In this document: positions 1 to 8,518 of the stretch, piece by piece
Layout: each line of letters begins with the position of its first letter
How positions within the stretch are numbered: position 1 is the first letter of the stretch
Assembly (NCBI GenBank): GCA_026991575.1
Contig: JALXBF010000139.1
Span: 1-45,352 of the forward strand
Length of the DNA: 45,352 nt
Origin: Planctomycetota bacterium
Lineage (GTDB): Bacteria; Planctomycetota; Planctomycetia; JALXBF01
Direction of reading: 5' to 3'
Notes under the pieces: generated by a model
Database searches by the model: none
The model's input: the letters and a program-made list of their open reading frames with translations, nothing else
Told to the model about the DNA's origin: nothing
Program-made: the position numbers and the translations under genes

Positions 1-338
1 AACGGCACCGCCGGCACCCCACGCGACAACAGCTCCCGCCTCACCGACCGCCACGCCAGCGCCATGTACTCCATCATGCGACCCAGCATGTCCTGCTCCA
101 CGGTGCGGGTGAATTCAAGCACCACCACCACGTACCGACCCTCTACCTCCGCAACCCACACCAGGTCTGCCAGCCGCGATCGGTCGGCACGCCGACTCAC
201 GTGGCCTTCCGCGGCGCGATAGAGGTTCTGAATCTGCACCGGCCGGTCCCACAGGAGGCGGAAGAGGACCGAGAGCAGTTCCGTGACCACTTCGGGGTTG
301 GCGAACAACTGTCTGTAGGCTTTGTCATGCATGCCCAT
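1..338 (-). CDS. Rpn-family recombination-promoting nuclease / YhgA-like putative transposase, 5' part (runs off the window)
   Basis: Not in the ORF track. Manual translation from ATG 338 gives MGMHDKAYRQLFANPEVVTELL...RSRLADLVWVAEVEGRYVVVVLEFTRTVEQDMLGRMMEYMALAW, matching the Rpn pattern HD..Y/F..LF..P, R..D.., E.Q, M..R...Y. Open to base 1. Confidence 0.75.
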   Translation of the reverse strand, partial: MGMHDKAYRQLFANPEVVTELLSVLFRLLWDRPVQIQNLYRAAEGHVSRRADRSRLADLVWVAEVEGRYVVVVLEFTRTVEQDMLGRMMEYMALAWRSVRRELLSRGVPAVP

Positions 339-563
339 CGTCCGCCACCGTCGGTTGTCTTGTGACAGTGACTTGTAGCCGTATCGCAGACTCCTGCTGG
401 TGACCTGGTCGGTGCAGCCGTGGCTACGGTTGGCCGGCCGCAGGCGGCCCTGTTCCCGCGCCCGGTGTACAGTTGGGCGTGGGGCGGGGTTGGTGGTTGT
501 CATGGTGGACGCTTATGGCACATGCCGTGCCGAAGCGGCCGGCTGGTGTGCGGTCTAGCCACA

Positions 564-578
564 TGTCTTGACAAGACA
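564..578. promoter_or_regulatory. Perfect 15-bp dyad TGTCTTG-A-CAAGACA, candidate operator
   Basis: Seen directly; lies in an AT-rich patch of a GC-rich intergenic region upstream of the Rpn gene and contains TTGACA. Confidence 0.35.
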
Positions 579-865
579 ATACCTTATGTTGAGCACCGTG
601 AGGGCGCTAGTCGGCAAATGAGGGTCTGCGCGCGCCGCGCGCGCGGCGCTGGTCGGACAGGCTCCGGCTCGGTTGTGCTGCGTAGGCACGGGACAGCGGG
701 CGGCTGGGCTGGTGGGCGGATCATTTCAATCGGCCGATGTTTCTTCTGGGGGGTCGGTTCGACCGGATGCCCTACCCAGGGCGGGTGGGCGCCGCCGGAG
801 AGGATCTGAGGCTATGGGGAATACGGATACAGCCGATGGAAGAGGTGAATCCTACGCGGGGCATG

Positions 866-1155
866 AGGGGGCGTTTGACTTTTTGCAGCATGCCAGGTGC
901 GGACCCGGTCGTTGGGATTGGCGTCGAGCCAACGGCCGCGTTGTGCCCGGCGTGGTGTTGGTGGCGGGCGAAGCGGGCGTCCGGCGGATCGGGCAGAGTG
1001 CTTCAAGCGAGGGCCAACCTGCTTCGAATGGACGGGCAGGCTGCTTCGCACCGGCAAGGGGGGGCATGCTGGCCCCCCGCGTGTGCGTCGAACGCCCGCT
1101 CAGCGCGGTGCAAGTCCTCGCCGGGGGTTGGCATGAATCTTGTAGCCGAGGATAA
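866..1155 (+). repeat. Intergenic hairpin repeat family, copy A
   Basis: Blocks GGGGGCGTTT..TTTGCAGCA, GGCGAAGCG..CGGATCGGGCAG, three GGGCAG.CTGCTTC-like units and a GGGGGGC-loop-GCCCCCC hairpin are collinear with 6101-6375. Confidence 0.65.
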
Positions 1156-1213
1156 CTGCGTGCCTGCGAGGGGCCGTCGAGAGCAACAACCCCGCCGAGG
1201 GGATCGGTGAATC

Positions 1214-1352
1214 AACCCAGCAGCTTGCGTGAATGGGCGGCAGGGGGGCTTTATGCTCCCCTGCCGCAAGGTTGATGGGTAGCGCCGGCGCATCCCCAAG
1301 AAGTTCCTTCGCCGCCGAGCCGCGGGCAGGATCGATCCCGCCCGCGGCTCGG
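1214..1352 (+). repeat. Intergenic hairpin repeat family, copy B (two hairpins)
   Basis: Hairpin GCGGCAGGGGGGC-TTTAT-GCTCCCCTGCCGC (1237-1267) and perfect 13-bp stem CCGAGCCGCGGGC/GCCCGCGGCTCGG (1315-1352). Similar to 6293-6427 and 9171-9260. Confidence 0.6.
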
Positions 1353-1722
1353 GTCGTGGGATTTACTGGGGCCGGTGGTGAGGTCCCAGCCTGGTGTGGG
1401 TTGTTGAGCCTGGGGGCAGCCCACACGGAAGGTCAGTTGGTCCTCTTTGAGGTAAGACCGACGACCGGAGAGTCGGATGCGGGAGAACCGAGCGTCCGGT
1501 TCCGAGGGGGAGGGCCCTGGGCAACTGAGGCTTGGTACCCGTATCCCGTCGAAACAAGCAGGCCTATCTACCAGCCTCGAACCGCTCGAAGTGGTCCGCT
1601 GGCACGGCGAGCGTCTCCGTCAACGTATCGGCGGCACACAGAGCGAGCGACTGACCGGTGACCTGGGGGCAGATGCTGAAATGGGCCCTTGGGGTACCGG
1701 TAGCGTGGCTGCGTTGGATCGA

Positions 1723-2886
1723 TCACGCTCGTGCCCGGCGCAGGTACAGTCCCAGGCTCAGCCAGAGCGTGCCGACGGCTGCTATTGCCACGATGATCCA
1801 CGCCCGCTGCTGAGTCTTGGACGGTGCGGCAAGGTCGGCCTCGGTCGGCTGCTGATCAAGCGCTTCGGGTCCCACCTGGGGCGCTGCGCCGATGCTACCC
1901 TGAGGGAGCAACGCGACCGATGACCCGCCAGGTTCCGCAACCTCGACGGGTGGAGTTTGCGGACCCGCGGCGTCCTCCGGGGGTTCGATGCGAAAGTCAT
2001 CGTCCTCGAACCCCACGTTGACGCGAATGGAGTTGCCGATGACCACCAGGCGGAATTTGGAAACGATGGTCCTGGTCACCGTGCCGGTGCGGTACTCGTG
2101 CGTTTCGTCGATGACCCACTCGGCCGGGAACCACAGCTCGGACCGGTTGTCGCTCCACGTGACGCGATGTGCTTTCTTGATTTCCGCAGCCGCGAGCCAC
2201 TGCTTGGGCGGTTCTCGTCCCCCGTCGTGAACGGCCACTGCGGTGCGCAGTGCCAGCGCGCGGTCAACATCCAGCCAAACGTGCAATCCCAATAGACTGG
2301 GACCCCGCCCATCAGACTCCATGTACTCCGTCAACAGCTTGCCGAGGAATCTGCGGTCATAGATGGCGATGTGGGCGCATCGCGTACCCCCGAACCCAAG
2401 TGCGCCACCGACGTGTTCCCACCCGACGAGTTCGACAGCGTAATCAACCGGCCGGGCTGCCGCTACAAAATGCATGAGTGGACTGCAAAAACCGCTGCAT
2501 CCAATCTCATGTGCGGTACCCGACACGTAAGTCCGCTGCCGCCTGCCGCCTACGGTGCGCAAGCTGAGTATCGTCTCACTCCTGCCGAGCACGGCACGGT
2601 CCTGGAGTCGCTCGTGTGTGCCTCCCACGATGTGTGTTGTCATGCGATACGACCCGTCCAGAAAACGAAACTTCATGGTGCCCGATTGCGTTGTCACTTC
2701 GCTGTCGGTCCCGCCACCTATCGAGGCGTCGAAGTCGAACTGGACATCCTTCAAGTCGGCATAGCGCGTACGTAACGCTTCCATCAGGGCTTTGCCCTGT
2801 TCAAAACGCTCGCGTACCGATACCTGAGCGAATGCTAAGGTGCTAGCGTACACAACCAGAGCAGCCGACCACGCTGTCACTCCCAT
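1723..2886 (-). CDS. Exported hypothetical protein with signal peptide, Pro-rich linker and C-terminal TM anchor
   Basis: ORF 1723..2910; ATG 2886 follows GGGGAGG. N-terminus MGVTAWSAALVVYASTLAFA-Q is signal-like; C-terminus WIIVAIAAVGTLWLSLGLYLRRARA is a TM helix plus basic tail. Confidence 0.75.
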   Translation of the reverse strand: MGVTAWSAALVVYASTLAFAQVSVRERFEQGKALMEALRTRYADLKDVQFDFDASIGGGTDSEVTTQSGTMKFRFLDGSYRMTTHIVGGTHERLQDRAVLGRSETILSLRTVGGRRQRTYVSGTAHEIGCSGFCSPLMHFVAAARPVDYAVELVGWEHVGGALGFGGTRCAHIAIYDRRFLGKLLTEYMESDGRGPSLLGLHVWLDVDRALALRTAVAVHDGGREPPKQWLAAAEIKKAHRVTWSDNRSELWFPAEWVIDETHEYRTGTVTRTIVSKFRLVVIGNSIRVNVGFEDDDFRIEPPEDAAGPQTPPVEVAEPGGSSVALLPQGSIGAAPQVGPEALDQQPTEADLAAPSKTQQRAWIIVAIAAVGTLWLSLGLYLRRARA

Positions 2887-3045
2887 GTCTTCACCCTCCC
2901 CTTGTGTCACACATCACCGAGGTCGTGCCGCAAGGCGTCGGAAGGCGTACCTCGAACGGACGCCAGAGGCGCGCCGCTGTACCGAAGTGTTCCTCCACCT
3001 TCGGCGACTCAATGACCAAGCTCGATTATTTCAGGTCAGGATCGT

Positions 3046-3447
3046 CTATGGGTCAACCACTGGCTGTGCGTCCGCGAGCGTCAGGTCACTACACTGGCTT
3101 TGACCAGGGACCACCGCGACGCACACGTTGTTGAAGCACGCCCCCGTCATCACCACGCCGCAGTCGAAGGTACCAACCACGATGTAGCCTTGTCCGTTAC
3201 CGGACAGATCGGCGACGAAGCGCGTTCCGGAGCTATACTGGCACTTCTGGCAAAGAGTACCTGGCGGCGTATTCGGGCCGCACGCGCCGGTAAAGCCGTT
3301 CTGCAAGTCGCACGTGGCCGTTGCCATACCAATGAATGTGTCGGCCAAAGCGGGACTTGCGCGGTGCAAGCGCTGCAGAACAAACCAAGCCAGCACAGCT
3401 CCGAGACTGACGGCAATGACAATCGAAATACGTGTCGCGCGAGTCAT
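3046..3447 (-). CDS. Small secreted cysteine-rich protein (8 Cys)
   Basis: ATG 3447 with GGGAGG 7 nt upstream; 133 aa; hydrophobic N-terminus followed by a Gly/Cys-rich domain with 8 Cys. Confidence 0.7.
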   Translation of the reverse strand: MTRATRISIVIAVSLGAVLAWFVLQRLHRASPALADTFIGMATATCDLQNGFTGACGPNTPPGTLCQKCQYSSGTRFVADLSGNGQGYIVVGTFDCGVVMTGACFNNVCVAVVPGQSQCSDLTLADAQPVVDP

Positions 3448-3558
3448 AGCGTACCTCCCACAAACCTTGGGACGCGAATCGGCATCTACAAGCCTTCCAC
3501 TACGCAGCACAAACGCTTGTTTACCAGTCCAACGATGCACGGACGGCCACGCAGCTTC

Positions 3559-4629
3559 TCAGAAGCCGTCTTCAATCGGTTCGCCGCCATCTCTGGTGCC
3601 CAGGGCACGCCACAGAGACAATTCGACGGAATCGCTCACAAACCGAACGTGCCCGTCTGCGAAAGCCACGTTCACACCGCCCGGATGCATACTCCGCGCG
3701 CTGACCGCCCCCCAGTGATCGGCGGTCAAGCAGTCGATGACCGCTGAATTTGGCGGCAGCACGTGGTTGTACAGCGTGTAGTACGGTCCGGTCAGCAGCC
3801 AGAACCGACCGGCGTAACCAAACGATGGCCGAGGCCCAGACCTGGTCAAGTGCGCGCAGATCGCCGTGTACTGATCCGTGCGATTCGGCGGAGGCACCAT
3901 CGAGAAGCGGTGGATTGCCCGGCGAGCACGACGATCCGCATCCGAGCGTGTTCCCACCAGGCGTTCGGACAGCGCGGCCGTCTGGGTCAGGCCATCGGCA
4001 ATGTGCGACGGCGAAATGGCCGGTGTCCGAAACACGCCGTGCCCGCTGTCTGGCCAGCCACGCCGAGTCGGAAGCGGGTCCAGCACGCCCGTGCTACCAC
4101 GGTACGAGCAGTAACCTCCTTCACGGGCCGCCTGATCGGCCGGACAGAGAAAAATCCCGACCGTTGTGTGGATCACCGTCCAGTTGGCTATGACGCCGTA
4201 CCCGGCGCCCTCAACATCGTTGACGCCGTCGACCGAAAAGTTGATCGCCTGATACAGATCGCTGCGTCCAAGAAACGGAAGTAGATGGCACAGAAACGAG
4301 AAGTTCCGGCGACCGGCAAGAACAGTCTGTCCGATATTGATCTCTCGGTGCCAGCTTGTGTTGAGAGGAGGATAGACCCGATGGGCATCAGTGTACTGCT
4401 GAAGACTCAGGGCAATCTGCCTCAGGTACTGCTGGCACGCCGTGCGGCGTGCGGCTGAACGGGCTCGCTGTAGAGCCGGCGTCAGAATGCTGAGCAGAAT
4501 CACAATGATCCCGACCACGGTCAGCAGCTCAGCAAGCGCCAAGCCCTTCGGCGTACGCAGGCGATTGGCTGATACGATGCCCTCTGTCGACTGTTGCCAC
4601 CTGTTAGGGACCTGGACTGGCTGGCACAT
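3559..4629 (-). CDS. DUF1559 domain protein (prepilin-type N-terminus, H-X9-DG C-terminus)
   Basis: KG-LALAELLTVVGIIVILLSILTPALQRARSAARRTAC, FLCPAD, ARSMHPGGVNVAFADGHVRFV: canonical planctomycete DUF1559 architecture. Confidence 0.95.
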   Translation of the reverse strand: MCQPVQVPNRWQQSTEGIVSANRLRTPKGLALAELLTVVGIIVILLSILTPALQRARSAARRTACQQYLRQIALSLQQYTDAHRVYPPLNTSWHREINIGQTVLAGRRNFSFLCHLLPFLGRSDLYQAINFSVDGVNDVEGAGYGVIANWTVIHTTVGIFLCPADQAAREGGYCSYRGSTGVLDPLPTRRGWPDSGHGVFRTPAISPSHIADGLTQTAALSERLVGTRSDADRRARRAIHRFSMVPPPNRTDQYTAICAHLTRSGPRPSFGYAGRFWLLTGPYYTLYNHVLPPNSAVIDCLTADHWGAVSARSMHPGGVNVAFADGHVRFVSDSVELSLWRALGTRDGGEPIEDGF

Positions 4630-5761
4630 TGCTCAAAGCTCCATCACTTTCCGCAACGCGGCTACGCCCGGTGATGAGAATCGGAAACGTTGCTTCCGTC
4701 TGCGGCACCCCCTGCAACTTGAAACGAACGGTCTGAAGCGGCGCGGCGATCTGGGTACAGTGGATGATGAGGGTAACGTCCCAGCGCGATTCGCGCGCCC
4801 GCTCGATCGTTGCGGTCATACCGGTCGGCTCCTCAGCGCTTGTGATATCAAATGGCCTGCCTGTGTTTGCCTCCAGTGCGACGCGGACCATGTGTCCGGG
4901 GCAAGACCCCTGCGTGCTGGGACATCCGGGGACGACCGCACTGGGCGGCCTTGCCCGAACTAAGGGCTGAGCAACGACGGTAACGACGGCGCTGTCGGCG
5001 CGATCTGCGGCGGCAACCTCAACCGGAACGCCGTACGTTCCGGGTGTAGTGGGCACCCGGACCACGGTGCGTACGGGCCATCTCAGCTCAACCAGATCGC
5101 CCGTAGTGGACGACGTAGCCGGCCCGGCGAGCGCTAAGGTCAGCATGTTGTCGGCAACGCGAACCTCCGGAGGTGACGGAGACGGCGCACGCTCTTGTTT
5201 GGCCCGTCGCACGACAAGCCAACCGTTGACCACGAGTCGCTCACCGGTGGTTCCTTCAATGAGTGGCTGTGCACCGGCCCTGTCCTGTGAGTCGAGGACA
5301 AGTTCCAGTGCGGGCACCACTCTCCCGTCAAAAAAGACCCGACGGCGCACAACGCCGCTAGCGCCCGTGCCCTGAAGCTCAAGGAGGGCCCACCCGGAGA
5401 GGTCTTGGGCGTCAGTGGGAACGGCGACCTGGAAAGCCAACCTCTCAGTTGCGTGGGGAGGGACACGAACTGTACCGCGGAGCGCACGAACGCAGCAGGG
5501 CGAACTGGTTGCAATGACTCGGACGCTTACGACCGACAGGCTCTGATTTGTCACCGGGACGTGTGCCACCACTGAACGCGGCCCACCTGCCAATACCGTG
5601 CCCACGTGCACAACGTCCGGAATCGCCGCTTTCGGGACGGTGTCCTGTTGCAGTGGGCCACTGGAGCCGCTGCATCCGGCAACCGCGCTGGCCAGACCCA
5701 CCACGTGCGCCAGCAGCCAAGTCACCTCCCATTGCCAGGTAGGACGTGAACGTGCCGCCAT
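4604..5761 (-). CDS. DUF1573-like Ig-fold exported protein, probable lipoprotein
   Basis: ATG 5761 after GGAGGGG; lipobox-like AVAG-C; HVGTV...VTNQSLSVVSVRVIATSSPCC...VPP resembles DUF1573; beta-rich repeats. Confidence 0.65.
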   Translation of the reverse strand: MAARSRPTWQWEVTWLLAHVVGLASAVAGCSGSSGPLQQDTVPKAAIPDVVHVGTVLAGGPRSVVAHVPVTNQSLSVVSVRVIATSSPCCVRALRGTVRVPPHATERLAFQVAVPTDAQDLSGWALLELQGTGASGVVRRRVFFDGRVVPALELVLDSQDRAGAQPLIEGTTGERLVVNGWLVVRRAKQERAPSPSPPEVRVADNMLTLALAGPATSSTTGDLVELRWPVRTVVRVPTTPGTYGVPVEVAAADRADSAVVTVVAQPLVRARPPSAVVPGCPSTQGSCPGHMVRVALEANTGRPFDITSAEEPTGMTATIERARESRWDVTLIIHCTQIAAPLQTVRFKLQGVPQTEATFPILITGRSRVAESDGALSNVPASPGP

Positions 5762-5782
5762 CACTTCCCCTCCACCGTTGGC

Positions 5783-5811
5783 ACCGTACCCCATGATAGT
5801 GTGTGTGTCAA
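5783..5811 (-). promoter_or_regulatory. sigma70-type promoter of the DUF1573/DUF1559 operon
   Basis: TTGACA-17 nt-TACGGT on the - strand, ending 22 nt before ATG 5761. Confidence 0.6.
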
Positions 5812-6100
5812 CCTCCCATCGCGGCTGCACATAATGGTGCTTCTTGCGAGAATTCAGTACGTGGGATCGTCGCGTGTGGGCCCCGTCCGATTCCTTTTCG
5901 CTGGCCCAACCGGGCCGTGCATCGCCTGGCAAGGACTGAACCGGGGACGATCGGTACGCACGGCGTGTTTGGATGCACTCGATCCGGCTTACTTACATCC
6001 GGCAGCGATGGAACCGAGCCGCCGAGGCTTCACCGCAGCAGTGCGCCGAAGTGCTGAACCAGCGGCGCGGTGGTCAACCGGCTAGGCATCCCTCCCGCTC

Positions 6101-6427
6101 GGGAGCGTTTCAGCATTTGGAGCACATCGGGTGGGGCGGGGCGGTGGTTCGCCGTCGCGCTGTGCCCCCGCTCGACCTGATGTCCGGTGCGGTGGTGGTG
6201 GTAGGCGAAGCGAGAGCCGGACGGATCGGGCAGCCTACTTTGAACGGACGGGCGGCTTACTTCAAACGGGCCGATGGGGTAACCTACAGCGACCGGGCAG
6301 CCTGCTTCAAACGGTTAGGGGGGGCTTCATGTCCCCCCGCCGGAGGTTGATTGCATAGCGCCCGCGGTATCCTCGGAGTTTTCTTCTGCCCCGCTGCCGC
6401 GGGCGCTAACCGCGGCGGCAGGGCAGC
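6101..6427 (+). repeat. Intergenic hairpin repeat family, copy C (A-like 5' part plus B-like 3' part)
   Basis: Three CGGGCAGCCTGCTTCAAACGG-like units, GGGGGGC-TTCAT-GTCCCCC hairpin, GGTTGA..TAGCGCC..ATCC block and a second GC hairpin, collinear with copies A and B. Confidence 0.65.
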
Positions 6428-6849
6428 GCGCGGGAACCGTGCCGTGGACGAAACCTCCCGCGGCACGGCCGACAGACACGTTGTTTCGATCAGCCGCGCG
6501 TTTCAAGCAAGCCGGCGGGTGCCGGGCGCAAAGCTCGCCCACCTGCCGGTCGAAGCAGGCTACCGGTTTCATCAACCAGCTTTCCTGGGACCACCTCATC
6601 GTCGTGGCGAGTGTGTCCAGCACCGTATTACGAGCACGGGCGGCATGCTCCCCCGGCCGAGCGCACAAACAACGCTGAATCGGACCTACCGGACGCACGT
6701 GTGGCTCGGTGACGGAACCACTTCACGGCGAGCCGCCGGTTGTCGTTGATCCCTCCGGCTCAGGCCTCAGCGTCGAGCAACGACTCGGAGCGGACCAAAC
6801 CAAGCGGCACGCCTTTCCGGCTTGGCCATCTCAGTCTGCCTCGTAGCTG

Positions 6850-7320
6850 TCACGCTTTGTCTTGACCGCGCGTGTACCACGATACGAAGCGGTCTCTGTG
6901 CCAGCAGCGGAGCTCATAGCCAGACAATGCCCTGATCAGGGGATGGTCGGTCGTAACGAGCAGCGATGCTCCGCTAGCCAGGTACGACCGGACGAGATAC
7001 CAGTCGTCAGGCTTTATCTTGGCGTACAGTTCCTCCGGCATCGGATGCAGCTCGTGGTCACGAAGGAGATGGCACTCATCGCAGTTCTCGATGAATTGCG
7101 TCCGAAACATCTTCACAATTGCACGTCGCGGATCCCCCGATGGCGCGTCCTTCGCCATGCGGTAGAACTTCCTTAGAAACGGGCTACCTGAGACGGCCAC
7201 TAATTGGTCGCATCTCTCGACGAGGGTTGCCAGTACGCGCACGGATTCCCTTTGTGCCCCCTCCCCGTGTTCTCCCCAAAGATCGGCCCACAGCCATTCG
7301 TCGAGGACGAAGCGCGCCAT
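6850..7320 (-). CDS. PIN-domain ribonuclease-like protein
   Basis: Start MARFVLDE (ATG 7320, 4 nt after the ATPase stop); acidic PIN motifs FVLDE, PDDWYLV, LLVTTD; 156 aa. Confidence 0.7.
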   Translation of the reverse strand: MARFVLDEWLWADLWGEHGEGAQRESVRVLATLVERCDQLVAVSGSPFLRKFYRMAKDAPSGDPRRAIVKMFRTQFIENCDECHLLRDHELHPMPEELYAKIKPDDWYLVRSYLASGASLLVTTDHPLIRALSGYELRCWHRDRFVSWYTRGQDKA

Positions 7321-7324
7321 CGAA

Positions 7325-8518
7325 TCACCCGATGCCCAGCAGTTTCTTAAGGTCCTCCAGTTCCGCCTCGACAAAGGTCTCGAGCCCTCCAGAAATCTGG
7401 CCCTCCGGGGTTACATCCTGTCTTCGGACCACGGTGGCCCGTCCAGTCTTCTGGCACAGATAGCACCGTATCTCTTCCGGTGCCAGCTTTCCCTCCGCTA
7501 CAAGCGTCAGGACCGCGGTCACAAACAGCTCGCTGTGCGTTGTTACGACGACTTGCTTAGCCTCCGCCCGAACGATCTCACAGAGTACCCTGACGAAACT
7601 GCGTAATGCTGTGGGATGCAGGTGAACTTCCGGCTCTTCGATCAGAACCGTCCTCACTGTGGGTCGTAGAGTCTTTGCCAGGAGGTAGACGAGCTGGTTG
7701 ACGCCGAAGCCGTCATTGACGAGGAATCCCGGGGTACGTGATTCCTTGTCCGTCGTCTGAAAGAACACGCTGGCGGTACCCGGTGGCGTAAATGTACGAA
7801 AATCGCGACCGACGGCTTCCTCGAGATATGCGGAGATTCGTGCGTGAAGATGCCGGTCGTTGATGATCAGAGAAGCGACTTCGTCCTCCGTGACAGGCAG
7901 CGGAGAGACAGGGACGCTTGTGTAGCTTGGCTTGAAGAAGCCACGGATGGCTGGCGCAATGTCGATAGCTTTGATCTGTTCCGTGAGTGCATTGATGGCT
8001 ACGGATAGGTCGCGAGCACGCTGCTGTGTCTCCGGCGTGGGTTGGGCGGGCAAGACGGAAGAACAGGCGATACCGTTCCAGTTGATCTTGTACTCGGCTT
8101 CGCCCTCCACGTACGACAGGGAGAAGGTCTTGTTTAACGCGTACGGAACGGGGACCTCGCCATGAAGGATGAGTTCTCCCCAGCGTTGCTCAACTCGGGC
8201 GGCCTTCTGAGAGAAGGACAGTCGGTACGAAGAAGGACGGTTTCCTTGCCCGTCGGAGGAAAGTGTGATGGAGATCTCACGGTCCGGTTCGTGGTTGAAG
8301 ACGCAGGCATCGAACCCTCCGAGATCCATAAACCCGAGGTGAAGGTACGCATCGGCAGGCCGGTTCGGGTTGACCAAGAAGTTACGCAGCACCAGTGGCG
8401 CATACAGAAGGCTGGATTTCCCGGACGCTGTTGGTCCGTAGAGGAGCACGAGAGGTGCCAGTTCCAACTCGGCCTTTTCGATGGACCGGAAGTTTTCTAT
8501 GGTGACGGTGCGGATCAT
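7325..8518 (-). CDS. ABC-type/AAA ATPase (AAA_15/AAA_21-like, DUF3696-like C-terminus)
   Basis: ATG 8518 after GGGAGG; MIRTVTIENFRSI, Walker A GPTASGKS, signature GFGVNQ, Walker B/D-loop LIEEPEVHLHP, H-loop TTHSE. Confidence 0.9.
   Translation of the reverse strand: MIRTVTIENFRSIEKAELELAPLVLLYGPTASGKSSLLYAPLVLRNFLVNPNRPADAYLHLGFMDLGGFDACVFNHEPDREISITLSSDGQGNRPSSYRLSFSQKAARVEQRWGELILHGEVPVPYALNKTFSLSYVEGEAEYKINWNGIACSSVLPAQPTPETQQRARDLSVAINALTEQIKAIDIAPAIRGFFKPSYTSVPVSPLPVTEDEVASLIINDRHLHARISAYLEEAVGRDFRTFTPPGTASVFFQTTDKESRTPGFLVNDGFGVNQLVYLLAKTLRPTVRTVLIEEPEVHLHPTALRSFVRVLCEIVRAEAKQVVVTTHSELFVTAVLTLVAEGKLAPEEIRCYLCQKTGRATVVRRQDVTPEGQISGGLETFVEAELEDLKKLLGIG

Noticed and set aside
990..1050. 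Tandem ~20-bp units (also 6227-6314) as a mini-CRISPR
   Set aside because: Only three diverged units, mostly without spacers, irregular period, no cas genes.
1129..1144. sigma54-like TGGCATGAATCTTGTA
   Set aside because: The -12 dinucleotide is GT rather than GC, and it is not kept in the other repeat copies.
420..1661. Overlapping ORFs of 64-160 aa in the ORF track
   Set aside because: Low-complexity Gly/Arg/Ala/Pro translations with no motifs or clear RBS; they overlap non-coding repeats. The similarity between ORFs 673..1155 and 5973..6350 is explained by the DNA repeat.
6673..6720. CGCTGAATC...GGAACCA resembling the start of a c-di-AMP (ydaO) riboswitch
   Set aside because: The conserved 3' motifs are absent and no co-oriented gene follows.
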